DNA of 64,000 bases from Eledone cirrhosa (GCA_964016885.1 OZ024742.1:216194001-216258000); one strand, 5' to 3'. Positions 1-13,819 are shown, counted from the stretch's first letter. Notes: generated by a model from the letters alone, not told the origin. Made by a program: numbers and translations.

Positions 1-1980
1 TCCAATCTGTGCAATAATGGCTCGAGAGTCAATACGCAAAAGAGGGACGAGAGGGAACATCCTTGGCAGACTGAGCGCATGAAGTTGACCGTTCACTCTC
101 ACCACAGAGCAGATGTCGCTGTGCATGGCAGCGATCCAGCCTCTGAAGACGGGCCCAAAGCCAGCCGCCTTCAGGACTGCCGCTAAGTAACGATGGTCAA
201 CCATATCGAAAGCATTCTACTGATCTAAATTGATCAAGGACCCACCTGGCCAGGTTCCCTAGCTACCCTCTCTACGATATATCGCATGAGGTGGAGGTTG
301 TCGTGGATGGATCTGTCGGGAATGGCGCATGTCTGCGCCTCTCCCACCAGACCACCAACGAGAAATGCCAACCTCTTTGCTAGCACCTTGGCCAAAATCT
401 TGAACTCTGTGTTTAGCAGAGTTATGGGCCTGAAATTATCTATGTTATCCCCTTGTTCGCTTCCTTTCTTAGCAGCGCCACCGCTCATCGGCTCACAGTT
501 CTGTGAAATTCTCCCGTTCTGTTGCCAGTTGCAGTAGATGTCCGCCAAGAGGCCTCCGAACAAGTCTGGCCTCTGTACGTAAAGTTCATAGGGTAGACCA
601 TCCAAACCAGGCGATTTACCGCTTGCGCAGCCAGTCGTTGCCTCCCGTACATCAGCGGCTTTTATCGGCTTTTCGCAACACTCCGTCTCAGTGGCCGAGA
701 GCCGCGGCAGTCCGTCGAGGTAGAAACTAAAGTCCATCTCTCGATCCGGCCCGCCGCTGCCCCCTAACAGCTGAGCGAAATGTTGCTGAAAAGTTTCGCA
801 CATTTACCGGGGATCGAGTAACATGCGACCGTCGTAGTCCACCAAAGACCGGATCGTGGCTTTGTTGCCACGATGCGCCTCCGCCACTCGGGCCCATTGA
901 ACGGCTTTCGTCCCCTCGTGTCTGACAGCACGCAGCCTAGCTCTGACAACGCAGCCTCCCAGCTTTTCATTGAAGAATTGGCCAAGGGCCAATTTCGCAG
1001 CAAGTACGTCGGTGGCGATGCCTTTGCTAAGCGCCTCGTCTAATTTTCTAACTAATTCTCCCTCTACTCTATTTTTCTCTATTGCTAAAGCCTTACTAAA
1101 CCTAATGGACTCTATTCTAATCGCCCTTTTCAGAGCAAACCACCACTTGATGTTGACGATGACCCCGTCAACGCTCGTTTAACTAGTTCGCTAATCCGGT
1201 CTCTGTAGACCTTGCGCGCTGGTAAGGACGCGTTTAGCTTCCAGTAGCCGGGTCCTCGTCTATGAAGCCTATCTAAGTCAAGTACACAGATCACGAATTT
1301 GTTGTCCGTGTAGCTGACTATATTGAATTGTAGACAGCGTATGATAGACCTATCTATTTCCATACAAAATACTCTATCTAGATATGATCTGGATGACCCT
1401 ATGCGATTTGTCCATGTCCACATTGGCACATTCGGAAAATCCAATCGGTAACTGTCAGACAGTTCATAACGCCTGAGCAGGTTGGTGAGGCTCTTGCACC
1501 CTCCTCCCCTATCCGCTAATCCCACACAGTCCCAGCGAGCATCTAAGATCCCGTTCCAGTCGCTCACTAACATTAAAGAGCGGGACGTTCCTAGAAAGGT
1601 CTCCAGACGCCGGAAGAAATCAGGCCGCCCTGCTCCTGTTGGGGCATAGACGGCCACTAGCCTGAAAGATTGCCCGTCTCAGCTGGTCACGTCCAGCACC
1701 ACCAACTTACCTTCTGGGTCCAGGAAGATGGCCCGTATGGCGAGATAAAAACCTCTCCAAAAAGCACAGCAACTCCACCACCCGATCCAGGACGGCTGGG
1801 AGATGCGTACACATCGTAGCCGCCGAAGATCGGTGCGAAGGCCCGTGCTTCGGAGATTCTGGATCCGCTGATGGCCACTACATCTATGTTTAGTGACCTG
1901 ATTTCGTTGAGCAGGTGGCCCTGCTTCCATGATGACCCCAACCCACGCGCATTTATGCTGCCTATTCTGAGTGAGGTCAT
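1..1980 (-). pseudogene. LINE ORF2 (APE endonuclease plus N-terminal reverse transcriptase), frameshifted
   Basis: Collinear motifs across ORFs 1687-1980, 1130-1657, 804-992 and 234-803. Confidence 0.9.
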
Positions 1981-4159
1981 GTTGAAATGGAGTGGAAAAG
2001 ATGGGAAAGACCACTTACCTTACTTATTGTAGAGGAAGGATGGTTTCTCCATCCCTTTCCACTTGATCGTCTGGTGAAGTGACCGTTGAATCGTCCCTTT
2101 CGGCTGGTCGTCGACTCATCTGTGAGTATATCCGAATATACTCTCCGGTTGAGTGTCCCTTCTAGGTCTCTGAAATCACCAACTGCGTTGGGGAATTTTA
2201 TTTTAATGTTTGTGTATTGTTTCTGTGCTATTCTTACCACTCTTATGTTCGTTGGTGTTTTGATTGGTGCTGGTATTATGTAGTCGTGCTGCGAAATGTC
2301 TGTGTGTTCAATTATGTAAGTCATTAGTTTCTTGTTGTGTGTATTTATTGCTGCGCATTTCTTTTTCTGGGGGTGGGGTGTGGTTCTGTTATTTTCTTGT
2401 CGTTGTTGCTGGGGGTGTGTGTTTTGTTCTTGTGTTTGCAATGTTGGTGCTTGTGGTGGTGGTGTTGAAGGTGTTGTTGTTGGCGGTGGGGTTGCCGCCG
2501 GTGGTGATGGTGGTGCTAGTGTGGGTAGTGATGGTGTTGGTGGTGTTGGTGCTGTAAGTCTCTTTGCAGTAGCCTTTACCCTTTTTTCATTTCTTCCCTC
2601 TCTTTTCGAAGGCGACGATGCGCTGTTTCTGCATTTGTGCCTTCTTGCGACCTTTTGCCATCCCTCTCCCAACTCACACTCCATGTCCGATTCTGTGAGG
2701 TCGGGGAGGGGTACCAGCCGCACTCTTTCACTTGTTCTTGTTTGTGATGGTTGCAGTGGAGTCTCTGTTGCAGCTGCAGTCGTTATTACTGTTATTGTTG
2801 TTAATACTTCCACTGCTGCTGTTGTTCCTGATTTCCGTGGCGTGGCTATGGGTGCTACGGACCTATCCTTCCTGCTTGCCGCCTGTCCTGTGGCTGGTAG
2901 CAGTGGAGCCAGTTTCGGAAGGCGGGGGGGGGGTCTTCTCCTTTCTCAGGGTCTGCTGATTGCAGAAGGCCCTGAGGTGAGTCTTCGACCCACAGCGAAA
3001 GCATTTCGGGCGTTTGCCCTCAACACTTATGGGCAGTTGAGTGCCGTTATCGAAGTCTATCACATGCGGGATAGCTTCGATGCACTCCTGGTTGGTTTGG
3101 ATTATCATCTCAATAGAGGTGCCGACCTAATCTTCTCGTACTTTTTTCTGTACTTGCAGTAGAGTTGTTTTGTCCTCGATTCCGACGAGGACAGACGCGG
3201 CCAGCCAAGAAGGGGCCATCCCGAGGGGGACGTGGGTCAGTTTGACCCTCACAATTTTTTGCCCGCAGTAGGAGGCCACCAACACAATTTCCTCTACCTT
3301 AGGGTTACTAAGGATGGAGCCTTTGCCTCCTTGGGTGTGGCAAAAAGCACGTCCACGGTGGCATATTTCTTGCCTCGGGTGATATGCGTTTTCCGCTACC
3401 ACAAAAACACTAAGGCTTTTTGTATTTGAGCCTCTGTGGCTCTTTCAACCCTACGTGATTTTGTGCTTACTGTACGGTACGTAACCGTACAGTGCTGTTG
3501 GTTTTCGAAATATTTTTCGTCTGCCTTGCAGATTGCTCGGTGTCCGGTTTTCGTCACCATCTTATTTGCTTCCTGTAATTCCTCATTTGTTATAAGGATG
3601 GTTTCCAGGTTCTTTGCGATACATGCAAACGAGATTGGTTTTTCTTTCTTGTTGTTGTTGTTGTTGTCGTCAGAGCTGCTATTACTGTTGTTGTTGCTGC
3701 TGGTACTACGACCGCCGCCGCCGCTGTACCTGTGGTTGTTGATGTTATTGCTGCTGCTGCTGCTGTTGTTGTTTATGCTGCTGCTGAATTGTTGCGGCTG
3801 CTCCTAGTGTTTTCCTTGTCACTGTTGCTGCTGCTGCTGTTATTACGGCTGCTGCTGCTGTTCTTCATGACGTCAGACGAATGAAATGGCTTTCCGTATT
3901 TACCGCACACATTTTTCGTCGTTGTCGTCGTCGTGGAGAAATGTTCCACGTCATGCACGTTCTCTTGGTGAAATCTACCAGAAACTATATTTTTCTTTTT
4001 CTTTAATGGCGTCGCTTGCGAAAGAGGCGACACCACATTTAGAGAAGGGGGGGAGAGAGACAATCTTCTCTCTGATGTAATGACGATTGAGGAAGAAGAA
4101 GACGGAATGAGTGGGAGTGACTTGTCAACATTCTTTTCTGTAGCCATGTTTTTTTTCAC
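1977..4159 (-). pseudogene. LINE ORF1 (gag-like, zinc knuckle), broken into several frames
   Basis: RPKCFRCGSKTHLRAFC (CX2CX4HX4C) in ORF 2863-3108, then a Pro/Thr-rich low-complexity C-terminal part (1977-2813). Confidence 0.8.
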
Positions 4160-4388
4160 GGTTTAAAATGAATATTGGGCACAAAACCCCAATAAGCGGT
4201 TATTTAACCCCGAAGGGCCAAATAACGGACAGAAAGACCCCTCTCACGAGGAGGAGGGTGTTTTTATCTGCAATTTGGTTCAAGTTTTAAACAATTTACA
4301 ATTGTTATAGCGGTTAAAAATTACTATACCTTACAAAGCCGAGCCTCCGTCAACCATGGCATTCAATAATAATAATAATAATAATAAT

Positions 4389-4415
4389 GCTTTCTTTATT
4401 AACCACAAGGGTTTA
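4389..4415 (-). mobile_element. Extreme 3' stub of a Tx1-like LINE inside an (AAT)n tract
   Basis: Reverse complement TAAACCCTTGTGGTTAATAAAGAAAG matches the 3' terminus of the LINE fragment at 38741-38766. Confidence 0.8.
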
Positions 4416-4460
<45 letters not shown>

Positions 4461-4555
4461 TATAATTGAGCAAAAAAGAAGAAGAAGAAGAAGAAGAAGA
4501 AGAAGAAAAAGAAGAAGAAGAAGAAGACCAAAAACAAAAACAAAAACAAAAACAC
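4416..4555. repeat. Compound microsatellite (AAT)n, (GAA)n, (CAAAAA)n
   Basis: Direct reading. Confidence 0.95.
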
Positions 4556-4661
4556 CCAAAAATATGAATGAGAAGAGTAGTGATGGTGATTATGGTAATA
4601 ACAGTGGTGATGTCGCGGATGATGAGTATGATGATGACAACTATGACGATGATGCTGTTAT

Positions 4662-4845
4662 TAATTATTGTTTCTACTTTTGGCACAAGGCCAGCAATTA
4701 TCAGTACATTACTGGTACTTTATTTTATCGACCCCGTAAGGATGAAAGGCAAAGTTAACCTATGCGGGATTTGAACTCAGATCGTAAAGGGACGTAACTA
4801 CGCTGGAAAGCATGTCCGACCCTCTACCGGTACTGCCAATTCTGT
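4662..4845 (-). mobile_element. tRNA-derived SINE, family A (~185 bp)
   Basis: Reverse complement has A-box-like TGGCAGTACCGG, B-box GAGTTCAAATCC, central GCCTTTCATCCTTACGGGGTCGATAAAATAAAGTACC and tail GTAGAAACAAT. Confidence 0.9.
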
Positions 4846-4855
4846 TATTAATAAT

Positions 4856-5045
4856 AATTGTTTCTACTGTTGGCACAAGGCCAGCAATTACCCAGTACAT
4901 TACTGGTACTTTATTTTATCGACCCCGTAAGGATGAAAGGCAAAGTTAACCTCAGCGGGATTTGAACTCAGAATGGCAAGGGCCGTAAATCTATACGTCA
5001 AAACATGGCGTCCGATCCTCTACCGATACTGCCAATCTACTACCC
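4856..5045 (-). mobile_element. SINE family A
   Basis: Same consensus, tandem with the previous copy. Flanks share CTGTTATTAATAAT. Confidence 0.9.
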
Positions 5046-5429
5046 TCTGTTATTAATAATAATGATCAACAACGTCATAATCAACAACAATAATAGCAAC
5101 AACACAACCTGTGCAAACACTTCAACGTCCACGCCGTTTCTAATAATCAGCAGCTAAGAAAGAAGAGAAAAAATGACAGCTGAAGTGTAATTTCCAACAA
5201 TATTTACTACTCCATAGTAATCATGGTCGTTGTGTGGAATGCAACAGCCTAAATACCACCGCATTTGTCGAATCTAGAGCAAAATTCTTTCCACTGTCCT
5301 GAGGCTATCGAAGCATGTTTGCCAGTGATTTGTGAAGCTAATGATGTTATATTAATAGCATACATTCCCATAGACAATAATACCTTCGTCAGTATGTATT
5401 ATAAATTGACGATGGCGGCGGTAATTCTC

Positions 5430-6009
5430 GTGCTCGTGGTAATGGTGATGGTGGTGGTTGTAGTGGAGAGATGAGATGGTTGAGATAGTAATAATAGTTG
5501 AAATCCTTGTGTTCCGTTGTCGTTGATACATTGATATACATAGATATGTTTTTTTTTGTTATTGTTATGGCGGTGTTTTCGTGGTGGTGGAGGTATCTAT
5601 TGTGGTAGTTGGAGTAATCGTAAGACATGGTCGAGGTGCTTGGAGTGGTGTTGTTGTTGTTGTTGTTATTGGTGGTTTGGAGTGGTGTTGTTGTTGTTGT
5701 TGTTATTGGTGGTTTGGAGTGGTGTTGTTGTTGTTGTTATTGGAGGTGGTGGTGGTGGTGGTGATGATGGTGTACGTGCCATTTGTACTAGTAGTGTATC
5801 ATGTTGCTGTAGCTGGTTCACGTGAACTAGTGGTGGTTGTTCAGGTGTTTGAAGTGGTTTTGGTGTCGGAGATGGTAAACGAATGATGTGAGCGATAGTT
5901 GTGAGCGACGGTGTCGGGGTTGTTTTTATGGCGTTTGTGATAATTATATTCAAACTGTTGTTGGTGATGATGATTATGATGATGATGATGATGATGATGG
6001 TGATGGAGG

Positions 6010-6047
<38 letters not shown>

Positions 6048-6511
6048 GTGGTCGTTGTACTATTGGTGGTGGTAGTGGTGGTAGTGGTGGCGTTGGTGAT
6101 GATGGTGGTGGTGGTGGTGGTGGTGGTGGTAGTGTTGGCGTCGGTGGTTATGATGCTGATGGTGGTGGTGGTGGTGGTGGTGGTGGTGGTGGTTTGCATG
6201 ATGACGATGACGATGATGATAATGATTGTGGTGTTCGTGGTGGTGATGGTGCTGGCGGTTATAATGATGAAAATAATGGTGATGATGGTGCAGGTAGACA
6301 TGGCTGATTTATAGTGATGGTGATAATTCTATTAATGCTGTTGTTGTCTTTTTTTGTCTGTGATGATGATGACGATGATGCTGGAGGTGGTTTATGATGG
6401 TGGAGGTGGTGGTGGTGGGGGTGGGGGTGGAGATGGTGTTGATGATGATGATGATGGTGATGGCGATGGTGATAATGATGGTGGTGATGGTGGGGGATAA
6501 TGATGATGATG

Positions 6512-6554
<43 letters not shown>

Positions 6555-6860
6555 CGATGATGATGATGATGATGCCTTTGCTGATGAAAGTGGTCGCCAT
6601 TGTTTTTATGGTAATGATGATCCATATATCATTGTTGTCTCTTTTGTTAGTGATGTTGATATTGATGTTGGAGGTGGCGTTGCTTCTAGCGGTGGGAGTG
6701 TTGACCTTGGTAGTAGCCGGTCGGGGCTATAGGGGCGGTGGTGCAGTGGTAGAGAGGGTGGTGGTGGTGGTGGTGGTGGTTCTATCGGTAGTCACGACAT
6801 TACCCGTAGTCATGGTCGTGTTCATTGTAGTGATTAATATGATGGTGGTGATTTAAGTGT
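5430..6860. repeat. Long cryptic trinucleotide field (GGT/GAT/GTT)n, including a ~36-bp unit x3 at 5641-5740
   Basis: Direct reading. It produces spurious poly-D/H/V/M/T ORFs. Confidence 0.95.
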
Positions 6861-7129
6861 TTTTTAATGTGGCCTGGTGGTTTCTGACGACGGTTGAGCC
6901 ACTTGGTGGGTCTATGACCGTGCACTTAATATATTTATGGTGGTGTGTTGCTGTGCTGATTGTGAAATACTGTCTTTCAGTTAGAGGTTTTAGAGACGTG
7001 ATAGCAATGATTACAATAGTGTTGCTTCCAGTATTGCTGAATTCAATGTAAACATATTATAGCAATGTCCTGGAAGTGCTTGATATGTTGTTATTTTTCG
7101 TAGACATGATGTTGGGGAGGTTAAGTTGT

Positions 7130-7896
7130 GCGTGTGACTTTAATAACTGTTTCTACTTTAGGCACAAGGCCAGCAATAACCCAGTGCATTACTGGTACTT
7201 TATTTTATCGACTCCGTAAGGATGAAAGGCAAAGTCAACCTCGGCGGGATTTGAACTCAGATCGTAAAGGGACGTAACTATGCTGGAAAGCATGGCGTCC
7301 GACCCTCCACAAGAAATTCTAACATAGCTTGAAGCTCACGCATTTTCTGGTGGTGTTATGTAGACGGTTATATCGATCCTTCTCCTTTACTGGAAGAATG
7401 GAAGGCAAGATCAATCTCGGTGGGATTTGAACTCATCAAATACACAAAGCATTTGTCCGACACTCTGATGACTCTGCCCATCCACCGTCTGATAATAATT
7501 GTTTCTACTTTTGGCACAAGCCAGCAATGACCCAGTGCATTACTGGTACTTTATTTTATCGACCCCGTAAGGATGAAAGGCAAAATCAACCTCGGCGGGA
7601 TTTGAACTCAGATCGTAAAGGGACGTAACTATGCTGGAAAGCATATCGTCCGACCCTCTACCGATACTGCCAATCCACCGCGTGTGACTTTAATAACTGT
7701 TTCTACTTTAGGCACAGGGCCAGCAATAACCCAGTGCATTACTGGTACTTTATTTTATCGACTCCGTAAGGATGAAAGGCAAAGTCAACCTCGGCGGGAT
7801 TTGAACTCAGATCGTAAAGGGACGTAACTATGTTGGAAAGCATGGCGTCCGATCCTCTACCGATACTGCCAATCCACCGCGTGTGACTTTAATAAC
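7130..7896 (-). mobile_element. Cluster of SINE family A copies (7148-7310 partial, 7365-7490 old, 7497-7679, 7698-7878)
   Basis: SINE consensus. The 18-mer GCGTGTGACTTTAATAAC occurs at 7130, 7680 and 7879. Confidence 0.9.
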
Positions 7897-8034
7897 GTGG
7901 ACATAATAGTCTAGATGATTAATAGTCAGTGTATGTAAAACAATTTGAAGATGGTGTTGGAAAATGTCCTGCTGTTGAAAATAAGTTAGTAACTGGTTTC
8001 ATGCTAATGTGTTAGGCGTGGAATAAGGATTCTG

Positions 8035-8190
8035 TGTGTGATGATGGTGATAATGATGATGATGATAATGATGACGATGACAACGATGATGATGACGACG
8101 ACGGCGGTGATGATGACGATGACCGTGACGATGATGATGAAGATGATGATGATGATAATGATGATGATGATGCGGAGGAGGAGGAGGAGG
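8035..8190. repeat. (GAT/GAC)n-(GAG)n microsatellite
   Basis: Direct reading. Confidence 0.95.
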
Positions 8191-8375
8191 CTGAAGTTTA
8201 TTAGCAAAAACGGGAGGAAGGTGGTTCTGGATTAGGATTGAGGTGATAGAGAAGATAACGGGTTAAGAAGATGCTCGGGCTGACCAATCATTTCTGAATG
8301 GAATTTAGTAAATGGAATCTCTGTTTAAGACTATATTCTAAACACTCACACACACACAGACAGACACGCACACAC

Positions 8376-8448
<73 letters not shown>

Positions 8449-8779
8449 AATGTGTGTCCCTGACAGTGTGTGATAATCTGTGCACGTGTGTGAATGTGTT
8501 GTACTCAAAACACGGCTATTTTCTTATTTTATCATTTTATCACATTTTTCTGATGTTTTTATGTTATTTCTATACAATTAGCTTTTACATCAATAACGTT
8601 TTTTTAAAATCCACTGCCAACGTATCGACATCTTCAAAATTTATATTCCGATTGATGAGGAGTTGGTTTGTACTGCTGCCTCATTAATGTAAGCAAAATC
8701 ACCGCGAATATTTCCAATCGGATTTGAACTTTTTATCATTAAATTTATATTAGGTTGTGTTTTGTATTAAATGGTGATT

Positions 8780-9320
8780 AGTTCAAGATAGTTGTGTTTA
8801 GTTTAGCATTATGCTTCATTATGAATAGATTCTATCCTTAAGCATCTATATCTGTGGAAACTTCTGTATAGGACAGGCGTCCTCTTTGCTGAGGTTTCCC
8901 TATCTCGTTTTTATTTTGTGTTTTCTGAAGTAATAGTGTATTGCTGTAAAGGAATGGCGTATAGGTGAGAGACTGGCGTACTTATATGTCCAATATAACT
9001 GTTGCCCAAATGACGTTTACGAATTTCCCGTAAGCAATTAAATGTGTACATCTGAATATTCATTGGTACCTTGTTCACGGGCTCATAGTGTGTTATGTAT
9101 GAAGTTTTTGATTTCATTGTTTCAGTAGTATTAGTGTTAGCATATGGATTGGTGCAATCTATTCAGGGTTTTTCTTTATAGGGGTTTTTACTATGTGTTT
9201 ATCTATTCTATAATCAGTACGATTTGATCATGTAATGCATTTTCATGTGGTTTGTGTATTTTTCATTTTATCGTATCTGGTGCAATTACTGTATTGTAAT
9301 TGTGTATATGTTCTACTTTC
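8780..9320 (-). mobile_element. Decayed Penelope-like element, GIY-YIG region
   Basis: QMYTFNC...GNSYIGHISTPVS in ORF 8911-9117 resembles the PLE VYxFxC...SYIGxT motif. Confidence 0.55.
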
Positions 9321-9324
9321 AGGT

Positions 9325-9610
9325 AGCAACACAAAATTCCATTTCTAGATATAACATTTCAAACAGAAAATAACAGATTCATCACGTTTTTTCTTACACT
9401 ATAGACACGAATAGATGTCTGTATCATATGAAGATAGCAAATATCAATGGTAAATTTCTCACTTAGATAAGCATTTAGATTCTCCTTCACAATAAAGCTC
9501 TAGATAAATAAATCTATAAAATTAAATAAACACAAATCAACAGCGGTTAATCAAACACATTATTAAACCAAAGCATAGAACATTACGGACACAAATAGAA
9601 AGCAATACAT
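9325..9610 (+). mobile_element. Decayed Penelope-like RT thumb fragment, inverted relative to the adjacent GIY-YIG part
   Basis: KIPFLDITFQTENNRFIT at ~9333-9387 (PLE LPFLDI motif). Confidence 0.5.
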
Positions 9611-10325
9611 ATATCATGCTCTACATCCATTAGAAATAAACAAGCCCCACATAAAGTATATTAATCTCGCTATCAAAAATGCGGCGAACCTTTAACTGGT
9701 CCGTTGAAAATCAGTAACCCATCGGCGCTGTTTTGTTATGAATGTTGATATAAAATAAGTAAATTAATAATATATAAGTGAGTCATCCTCAACCGGCTAA
9801 CTGCACATAAATGCACGCACATATGTTGATATATACAAGTGCTACACTTGCTTTGTGTTACATTTATTATTTTTTACCTCTTCTTCCTATTGTTGGTATG
9901 TTCACTCCTGCTACTGCTATTGTTGGTATATTGATCTCTCTTAAGTCTATATTTGTTCTAATTCCGTTCTATATTTTACTTACTAGTATTTCCTTTTGTA
10001 TATTTATTATTGTTTTGTTACATATTTTTCATTTTGCCATTATGAACATTTGAAACTCAATGCACTATTAAGAGTAAATAACGCATTTCTACCATCTAAG
10101 TATTATGCACTTTAACGAGAAGCGAACGGCGTTTATTCATTTTATGAAAATATGGTAAAGAATACGACTTGCTCCGATGAATTACATTTATAGCAAAGAA
10201 GCAATTAAACACCACTGCGGCAGATGTATAGTTTTTCCTTTTTGTATATAGCACTGCATTTGTTTGGAGCACTATATATTTCATACAGTGTATATCAAAC
10301 TTGAAACCACGCATACAGACTTATT

Positions 10326-11063
<738 letters not shown>

Positions 11064-11178
11064 ATTAAGACTAAATAGTGAGTCTCATTATTCTAGTGAT
11101 TCGCCTGTTTATCACAAGATCATCAAATCCTGAGATAAATACGCGTAACTCTCGAGTAACAAGTCTCATTATTACAAT

Positions 11179-11365
11179 GGTGAATTGGCAGTATCGGTAG
11201 AGGGTCAGACGCCATGCTTTCTAGCATAGTTATGTCCCTTTATGATCTGAGTTCAAATCCCGCCGAGGTTAACTTTGCCTTTCATCCTTACGGGGTCGAT
11301 AAAATAAAGTACCAACAATGTACTGGGTAATTGCTGGCCTTGTGCCAAAAAGTAGAAATAATTAT
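11179..11365 (+). mobile_element. SINE family A
   Basis: Full consensus. ATTATTACAA on both flanks (TSD-like). Confidence 0.9.
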
Positions 11366-11718
11366 TACAAGGCTGACCCTTCCAATTAAACGTACAACTC
11401 ATTTTTGTCAGCTGAGTGACCTGGGGAAACGTGAAAGAAGAAACTGTAGTTGTAGAAGTGCTAACATATGGGTTTTTGTCGGTGACAGATGCAAAAAGCT
11501 TCCTTTAAATTTAACGTACATCGTTCTGGGAAGTAAAGTGAAATGACTGTTACTCTTCAAACTGTTATAACGATCTTGATAACCAGAAAAAGTGATTGAT
11601 TGTTTCTGAAGACAATACGCTTATTATGTCATTTTATTTTTTTGTCCTGATGCATTCTAGTTTTGTAATACTTTCTACTTTCAAAGATTTAGTTATACTC
11701 TGGCTCTCACTTTCTCAC

Positions 11719-11797
<79 letters not shown>

Positions 11798-11889
11798 ATC
11801 TCTCTCTCTCTCTTCTCTCTCTATTATATGCGAGGTACACACGAGAGATTTTGAGACTTTTATCAGAGAGACATTTATCAACTAAAAAG

Positions 11890-12700
11890 AATAGTCGCCC
11901 TCAAAATAGAATCCTCCAACTTAAATGCACTTGATGTCGCGCTCCAGCCATTTCTGGAATATACAGAAGTTACATGGGACTATGTCTGGACTGTAGGAAG
12001 GACGAAGGAGTGGTTTGATCCTCATATCGGCCAAGTAGTTACTTGTTGCTGGTGCCACTGATCACACGTGAAAAGCTATGGCCTCTTGCGACGAAATCTC
12101 TTCCTGAACTGCTTCAAAATCTCTACATAATACCCTTTGTTAAATATCTGGCTGTGGGAGACCGAGTGCACATAGATGATTCCCTTGCTGTCAAAGAATG
12201 TGCTCATCATGAGCTTCCTTATGCAAACGATTTGCCGGTCTTCTTGGGTCTTCAGGAGTGTTTCCACTGCAAATTATGTCTCTTGGAATCTGGATAATAA
12301 CTGCTTCCATCACAGGTTACCAGAAACTCAAGGACACTTGGATTCGAAGCGATCCACTCGACCACCTCGCGCCTCTACCTTTGGTCTTCATCGTGGGAAC
12401 AAACTTTGCACAAACGTTGCGCATGAATGACTCAGTGACTTCAGCCAATTTAAATTGTTTAGTAATCCTCAGAAGAGATGCATGACGGTCCTTGTCTAGA
12501 AATTTGCGAATTTTTTCGACCAACTTTGGCGTCCTGATGTCACTCATCTCGCTGACCCTCATCAGATATCTTTTGTGCCGGCGGAAAACAGTCACCTGGC
12601 TCCTGAAAGTTCGTCTGTAAGCAGTTTTGACCATTTCATAGGTTTCTACCGAACTTGACAGAAAACTTTATTGCATATCGAGCTTCCAATTTGTCCTCAC
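11890..12700 (-). pseudogene. Mariner transposase remnant
   Basis: LEARYAIKF...ETYEMVKTAY (HTH region), KLMMSTFFDSKGII...YYVEILKQFRKRFRRKRP, and C-terminal KCI*VGGFYFEGD. Multiple frameshifts and deletions. Confidence 0.85.
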
Positions 12701-13819
12701 TTCCCCAACGTATTGTGGAACTATTTAGCATCTGTGACAAGACGTATAAGACGAGTGGTGTGTAAAGTGCTGTCGTAATCCTAAACTTCAACCTGCAAAA
12801 AGAAGAATTGGGCTTGTATGCTTGTTATAAACTTATCAAAATTGTATTACAATGACAGTTACGTTGGTCAATTAAAAGTACCTGAAAATAAAGTGGCATG
12901 CGCCTCCCCATCTTTTTAAGTATTGTAGTAGATTGTCTCGACATAGCAATAAAATGCATAACTAAGTTTTTAGTTATAATAGTTTCTTAGTTTCTAGATA
13001 TATTTTTGTATTATTGAAAGCATTCAAACTATAACCTTTAAATGGAACGACTAGACTATTGATAATTGTTACCTTTTTTTGTATAGCTCAGTTTACTGTA
13101 TTGCTCTGATATTACTTACTAACCCCATATTTCATCTGTACATATATCTCTTTTATCTCATATTTTTAGTGATTTAGTTAATCAAATTTGCATTGGCTCA
13201 TTTTTCTAAACCTAATTCCATGTTAATTTCCTACTGAATACATGTGTATATTTGCCACAGTATATTTCATCGAGTGTCATTCGTATATATAATAGGGTCC
13301 GGTTAGGTCCTATTGTACGGGCATCCATGTTGTTTAAATATCTTAGCAACAGGCGAAAAGAGGTGAAGGAGGAGGTGTTTGTTAACTAGTGAAACATATT
13401 TACCCTCATATGATTCTTTTATCAATAACTAATATTTATAACTAAAAGAGTATATGCTGCATCTAATCTGTTCTGTAAATATGTATGCTTTTTTAACGAC
13501 ATGAATACTTATTCTTTACATTCCTGCAAGCTTTGTATCATAAAGAAAAGCATCTTTGCATCATTGGCGCTATGTTGTGTCGCCATTTTGACGTATCAAA
13601 ATGTATTTTTTCGTTTTACTTTCAGAAATTTTACACGTGTTGTTTTTCATACATTCCGTGAATCATTATTTTTTCCTAACACTTTGTGCGTGTATTTAGC
13701 CATAGGTTTAAAACTTGATCATTTCTGCTGTTTTTTTTTTCTTTTATTGTGTTCCATAGTTTTTAGTAACTGGCACACGTCTCATGTTACTATTTCTTCC
13801 CACGCATGACATATTGTTG

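Larger units (their letters stand above)
1..4364 (-). mobile_element. Tx1/L1-group non-LTR retrotransposon: 5'UTR, ORF1 and ORF2 (APE endonuclease and RT), frameshifted, running off the window start
   Basis: ORF2 begins MTSLRIGSINARGL (APE motif). It contains DWNGILD, SRSYLDRV, GPGYWKLNASL, KSPGLDGLPYELY, NFRPITLLNTEFKILAKVLAKRL and QTCAIPDRSIHDNL, and a QGCSLSSL-like RT motif near 45-70. ORF1 has a CCHC knuckle. The 5' end abuts an (ATT)n tract. Confidence 0.92.

Noticed and set aside
2332-3162. 276-aa plus-strand ORF
   Set aside because: Antisense shadow of the low-complexity LINE ORF1.
5430-6860. Long ORFs rich in His, Asp, Val, Met or Thr
   Set aside because: They are translations of trinucleotide repeats, open in several frames on both strands, with no domain signal.
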